Assembly: GCF_002310835.1 (NCBI RefSeq)
Contig: NZ_CP011041.1
Location: forward strand, 420,001 to 452,000
Origin: Pseudoalteromonas tetraodonis
GTDB lineage: Bacteria > Pseudomonadota > Gammaproteobacteria > Enterobacterales > Alteromonadaceae
Reading direction: 5' to 3'
Length of the DNA stretch: 32,000 nt
Both the position numbers and the translations under genes were made by a program. Position 1 is the first letter of the stretch. Each line of letters begins with the position of its first letter. The notes under the pieces are model-generated. The model was not told the origin of the DNA and did no database searches. It worked only from the letters and a program-made list of their open reading frames with translations. Below are positions 28,676 to 32,000 of this stretch, in pieces.

Positions 28676-29494
28676 TTAGTTATCCCACTGTGGAGAAAAG
28701 TCAGGTGATGCTTGGCGATCGTTTTTATTTAATTGATCAATTGCGGTTATTTCTTTAGCACTAAGTGTTAAATCAGGGCTAGTTAAATTTGTAATCAGAT
28801 TACTTCTTTTAGTTGATGAAGGAATCGTTGTTAATCCATTCGCAAGTGCCCACGCAATAACAACCTCAGAAGGCGCCTTATTATGACTATTGGCAATCTC
28901 AATAATGGTTTTATCTTTGAGAACTTTACCAACAGCAAATGGCATATAACCTGTCACATGAATGTTATTTTCACTGCAAAATTCGCGTAATGACTCGTTT
29001 GTTAAGTAAGGGTGTACTTCTACTTGGTTAGTAAAAATTTCACCGTTAGGCAAAATAGCCATAGCCTGTTTAAGCAAATCAATAGTGAAATTTGATACGC
29101 CAATATTTTTAGCAAGGCCTAGCTCTTTAGCTTTAACTAGCTCACCTAAATATTCTTCCATCGGTTCATCGTTCTCTGGAGATGGCCAGTGTATCAATAA
29201 CAAATCTACATAATCAGTTTGCAGTTTACTTAGGCTTTCTTTAACACTATCAATGAATGATGCTTTGTTTAAGTTAGCATTCCATACTTTTGTAGTAATA
29301 AAAATATCGGCTCTAGGTATGCCGCTGTCGCTAATAGCTTGGCCTACTTGCGCTTCGTTGCCATAAATTTGTGCAGTATCTATATGCTTATACCCAACTT
29401 CTAACGCCATTTTTACAGAGTTGTAAGCCACTTCGTCTTCTAAGCGAAAAGTACCCATACCTAATTTTGGCATAGTGTTTAAATTTATGTTCAT
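28676..29494 (-). CDS. Aldo/keto reductase, DkgA/DkgB-like paralog
   Basis: The 272-aa product carries LGMGTFRL, VGYKHIDTAQIYGNE, LIHWPSP and IPSSTKRSNL. By eye it is roughly half identical to the 25464-26270 product. Confidence 0.85.
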   Translation of the reverse strand: MNINLNTMPKLGMGTFRLEDEVAYNSVKMALEVGYKHIDTAQIYGNEAQVGQAISDSGIPRADIFITTKVWNANLNKASFIDSVKESLSKLQTDYVDLLLIHWPSPENDEPMEEYLGELVKAKELGLAKNIGVSNFTIDLLKQAMAILPNGEIFTNQVEVHPYLTNESLREFCSENNIHVTGYMPFAVGKVLKDKTIIEIANSHNKAPSEVVIAWALANGLTTIPSSTKRSNLITNLTSPDLTLSAKEITAIDQLNKNDRQASPDFSPQWDN

Positions 29495-29504
29495 TAGTTA
29501 TCCT

Positions 29505-30419
29505 TTATTTATGAAAAACGGGTAAGACATTTTTTGCTATGTCTTCCATGCTTTGTTCGATATTTATTTCATTGCGTCTAAAATGAAGGCCAATATGATC
29601 TACGCCAGCAGCCTTCATGCTGTTTAGCTCTTTTATTAAGCCATTCACTCCGGTTCTAACCCCAAAGTGGTGTCTCTCAATGGGTGCGTCTGGGTTGTCT
29701 ACAAAATCTAAATGAATAAAGCTTACATAAGGTTTGTCACCTGCAACGCTTCGCCATAGAGCTACACGTTTTACATGATCGTCAGGTGTACCTGGATACG
29801 CTAACCATCCATCGAGGTTTTCACCTATAAATTGCGGCGATTGTTGTGCAAGGCCTGCGGCGTAAATAGGGTATTGCGCTACTTGAGGGTATATTTTTTG
29901 CCCTGGTTGTAATTTAGAGTCAGACTCATCCTTTAACACCTCAATAGCTTCTCTAAAAAGCTGGCCACGAGCGGCGTAATCAACATTAAATAAAGGATAT
30001 TCTGAGGGTCTATCACCACTTGCTACACCTAAAATTAATCGGTTGTTGCTTAGCTCAGCCATTGTGTTCGCTGATTTTTTCACAAGCCAAGGCTGTCTTA
30101 ATGGCAGAACAATAGCCGCAGTACCTAGTAAAATATTGTTTGTAATACCCACTAGGTAGCCTAAGTATGTAAACGCTTCAAATACTTGTGCAGCATCGCC
30201 AAAGTTAGGGTCGTACAGTGGCACGTCTCTTACCCATGCAGTACTAAAGCCAAGCTCATCGGCTAATATAATGCGCTCTTTATGCTGTGACATATCAGGC
30301 ACACCAAAAGGCTTGCCTTCTTTAATTCGTTTTTGTTGGCCATCTCTTGACCAGTCATTGTCTAGTGGCAGTTCAACACCAATTGAAAAGCCCAAGTTTT
30401 TTAATTTATCAATAGTCAT
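29505..30419 (-). CDS. Luciferase-like (LLM class) flavin/F420-type oxidoreductase, BA3436-like subgroup
   Basis: The 304-aa product shows a TIM-barrel LLM pattern (GFS.AWVRD, ILGVASGDRP). An AAGAGG RBS lies 6 nt before the ATG. Confidence 0.7.
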   Translation of the reverse strand: MTIDKLKNLGFSIGVELPLDNDWSRDGQQKRIKEGKPFGVPDMSQHKERIILADELGFSTAWVRDVPLYDPNFGDAAQVFEAFTYLGYLVGITNNILLGTAAIVLPLRQPWLVKKSANTMAELSNNRLILGVASGDRPSEYPLFNVDYAARGQLFREAIEVLKDESDSKLQPGQKIYPQVAQYPIYAAGLAQQSPQFIGENLDGWLAYPGTPDDHVKRVALWRSVAGDKPYVSFIHLDFVDNPDAPIERHHFGVRTGVNGLIKELNSMKAAGVDHIGLHFRRNEINIEQSMEDIAKNVLPVFHK

Positions 30420-30456
30420 AATCAGCCTCTTTCGAAGAAAAAATTCGGGATTAAAT

Positions 30457-31632
30457 TTAAATAGCTTTCACTTGTTCGCGTGAATCTAGAAAACCCGATA
30501 GTCGTGTTAATACAATGGCAAATATAACGATTGATGCGCCCACCCAAGGGGTGTCCATTAACTCCATGTCTTCTACAACAACACCGCCAATGATTGAGCC
30601 AATTGCAATACCGACATTAAAGGTCGCTATATTTAAACCTGATGCAACATCTACAGCATTAGGCGTATGTTTTTGTGCTAGCTGCACAACATAGACTTGC
30701 AGACCTGGTACGTTACCAAAAGCGAAGGCGCCCCAGATAAGTAGTGTTAAAACAGCGCCAATTTGATTACCAGCTGTAAATGTAAATACAAAAAGAATGA
30801 TAGCGAGTGCGCTAAAAATACCTGTTAACGCTTTTACTGGCCCCATGCGGTCAGCTAGTTTTCCACCCCAAATATTGCCTATTGCTACTGAAACTCCATA
30901 AACAAGCATAATTAAGCCAATTGAACTGGATTCGAAACCAGAAACCTGCTCTAAAATTGGGGCTAAATAGGTAAAGGCTACGAAAGTGCCGCCGTAGCCA
31001 ACAGCTGTAATAGCGTAAACTAAAAGTAATCTAGGCTGTGTTAGCACTTTTAGTTGCTCTGAGATTTTTGCCGGTACCGCTTTTTTTAAGTTTGATGGTA
31101 CAAGAATCGCGCTACCAATAAGTGCGATTAAGCCCAATATAGAAACGATTAAAAATGTTGCTCTCCAGCCCAGCTCTTGCCCAATCCACGTACCTAAAGG
31201 CACACCGGTCACTAAGGCTACGGTTAAGCCCGTAAACATGATTGCGATTGCGCTGGCTTCTTTTTCTTTAGCAACTAAGCTCGTTGCAATGGTTGAACCA
31301 ATAGAGAAAAACACACCATGAGCCAATCCTGTTAGGATTCGGGCTACTATTAGGGTTTCATAACTTGGGGCTTGCCAAGCAAGTAGGTTACCTGCGACAA
31401 ATAAAGCCATTAAAACTAATAAAACAGATTTACGATTCCAACGACCGGTTAATGCTGTTAGCACTGGCGCTCCAATAGCGACACCGAGTGCGTATAAGCT
31501 GACTAATAAGCCTGCTGATGGTAGTGAAACACCTAAGTCTGCTGCAATAGTTGGTACTAAGCCAACAATTACAAACTCAGTTGTTCCTATAGCGAATGCG
31601 CTGAGTGTAAGCGCCAATAATGCTAAAGGCAT
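30457..31632 (-). CDS. MFS transporter (DHA1, AraJ/YdhP/NepI-like efflux type)
   Basis: The product has about 12 predicted TM segments and the typical N-terminus LAL.LSAFAIGTTEFVIVGLLP.IA.DLGVS...AG. I prefer the ATG at 31632, which follows GAGGA, over 31692. Confidence 0.85.
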   Translation of the reverse strand: MPLALLALTLSAFAIGTTEFVIVGLVPTIAADLGVSLPSAGLLVSLYALGVAIGAPVLTALTGRWNRKSVLLVLMALFVAGNLLAWQAPSYETLIVARILTGLAHGVFFSIGSTIATSLVAKEKEASAIAIMFTGLTVALVTGVPLGTWIGQELGWRATFLIVSILGLIALIGSAILVPSNLKKAVPAKISEQLKVLTQPRLLLVYAITAVGYGGTFVAFTYLAPILEQVSGFESSSIGLIMLVYGVSVAIGNIWGGKLADRMGPVKALTGIFSALAIILFVFTFTAGNQIGAVLTLLIWGAFAFGNVPGLQVYVVQLAQKHTPNAVDVASGLNIATFNVGIAIGSIIGGVVVEDMELMDTPWVGASIVIFAIVLTRLSGFLDSREQVKAI

Positions 31633-31867
31633 TTGTAGTTCCTCAATAATTAATGTGGGGTAATTTTCATTTAATTTAAGGGGAAGAAACACAGCGTATT
31701 TCTCAAAACAATTTTGTTAAAAATGCAAAAGTAAAAATGTTGGCTTGTTATTTTCAATAAAATAAGGGGCCCAGTAGTAGGTTTAATAAAGCTGTTAAAA
31801 CGGCAGGTTTTATGCGGGTTCAGAGTATGGGGTATTGGCTAGTATAAATGGGGGAGGGAAGCCACAA

Positions 31868-31910
31868 AAAAACGGCAAACAGGGTGCGGTTGCATCTCGT
31901 TTGCCGTTAA
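31868..31910 (-). terminator. Intrinsic terminator after the partial cyclase paralog
   Basis: The stem pairs AACGGCAAAC (31871-31880) with GTTTGCCGTT (31899-31908). On the minus strand a run of eight T follows. Confidence 0.65.
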
Positions 31911-31931
31911 ATAACTATGTCTAAATGGGTG

Positions 31932-32000
31932 TTACAAAATAGCGACAGGGTTAATTTGCACCTGAGTAGAGCCTTCGTATAGAGGGTGGCCAAGTACGAA
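31932..32000 (-). CDS. C-terminal end of a second cyclase-family protein (5' part lies outside the window)
   Basis: The reverse complement translates FVLGHPLYEGSTQVQINPVAIL*. This is a near-copy of the C-terminus FVLGHPLYKGSTQVNINPIAIR* of the 24536-25462 product. Confidence 0.7.
   Translation of the reverse strand, partial: FVLGHPLYEGSTQVQINPVAIL

Noticed and set aside
20596-32000. Search for a CRISPR array, cas6/cas7/cas8 or tniQ, as expected if the rsmJ-linked element were an intact type I-F3 CAST
   Set aside because: I found no regularly spaced direct repeats and no ORFs with Cas or TniQ character in the window. A CAST ancestry therefore cannot be supported, only not excluded.

Overview
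The window is chromosomal DNA from a gammaproteobacterium. Gene order and roughly 40% GC suggest an Alteromonadales or Pseudoalteromonas-like organism, but that is an inference. Positions 1-20595 are a conserved, enteric-like housekeeping block. On the minus strand it carries rpoN (partial), lptB, lptA, lptC, kdsC, kdsD and yrbG. On the plus strand it carries mlaFEDCB, ibaG and murA. These are followed by degS and degQ (minus), zapG (minus), zapE (plus), gor (minus), prlC (plus), an orphan response regulator (plus) and rsmJ/yhiQ (plus). Two features interrupt this block. One is a 261-bp MITE-like element with perfect 15-bp terminal inverted repeats between lptB and rpoN; a solo copy of its end lies just after prlC. 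The other is the response-regulator gene, which sits between prlC and rsmJ, a pair that forms an operon in enterics. An accessory region starts 14 nt after the rsmJ stop codon. It opens with what looks like the right end of a Tn7-like transposon: an 8-bp TGT terminus followed by two abutting 21-bp direct repeats. This end is fused directly to a 5'-truncated tniB/tnsC-like AAA+ ATPase gene. rsmJ/yhiQ is a known Tn7-like and type I-F3 CAST attachment site. No tnsA, tnsB, tniQ, cas genes, CRISPR array or left end is visible, so I read this as a decayed, immobilised island. The rest of the window (about 21.3-32 kb) is oxidoreductase-rich cargo. It holds three aldo/keto reductases, two of them DkgB-like paralogs, and two LysR regulators. 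It also holds two cyclase-family paralogs (one partial at the window edge), an SRPBCC protein and a MoaF-like small protein. An MFS/luciferase-like oxidoreductase/AKR/MDR operon and a 3' remnant of a type I restriction hsdR gene complete it. Nothing here can be asserted as a new system from sequence alone. The Tn7-like fossil at rsmJ, the repeat family and the orphan regulator are the most checkable leads.
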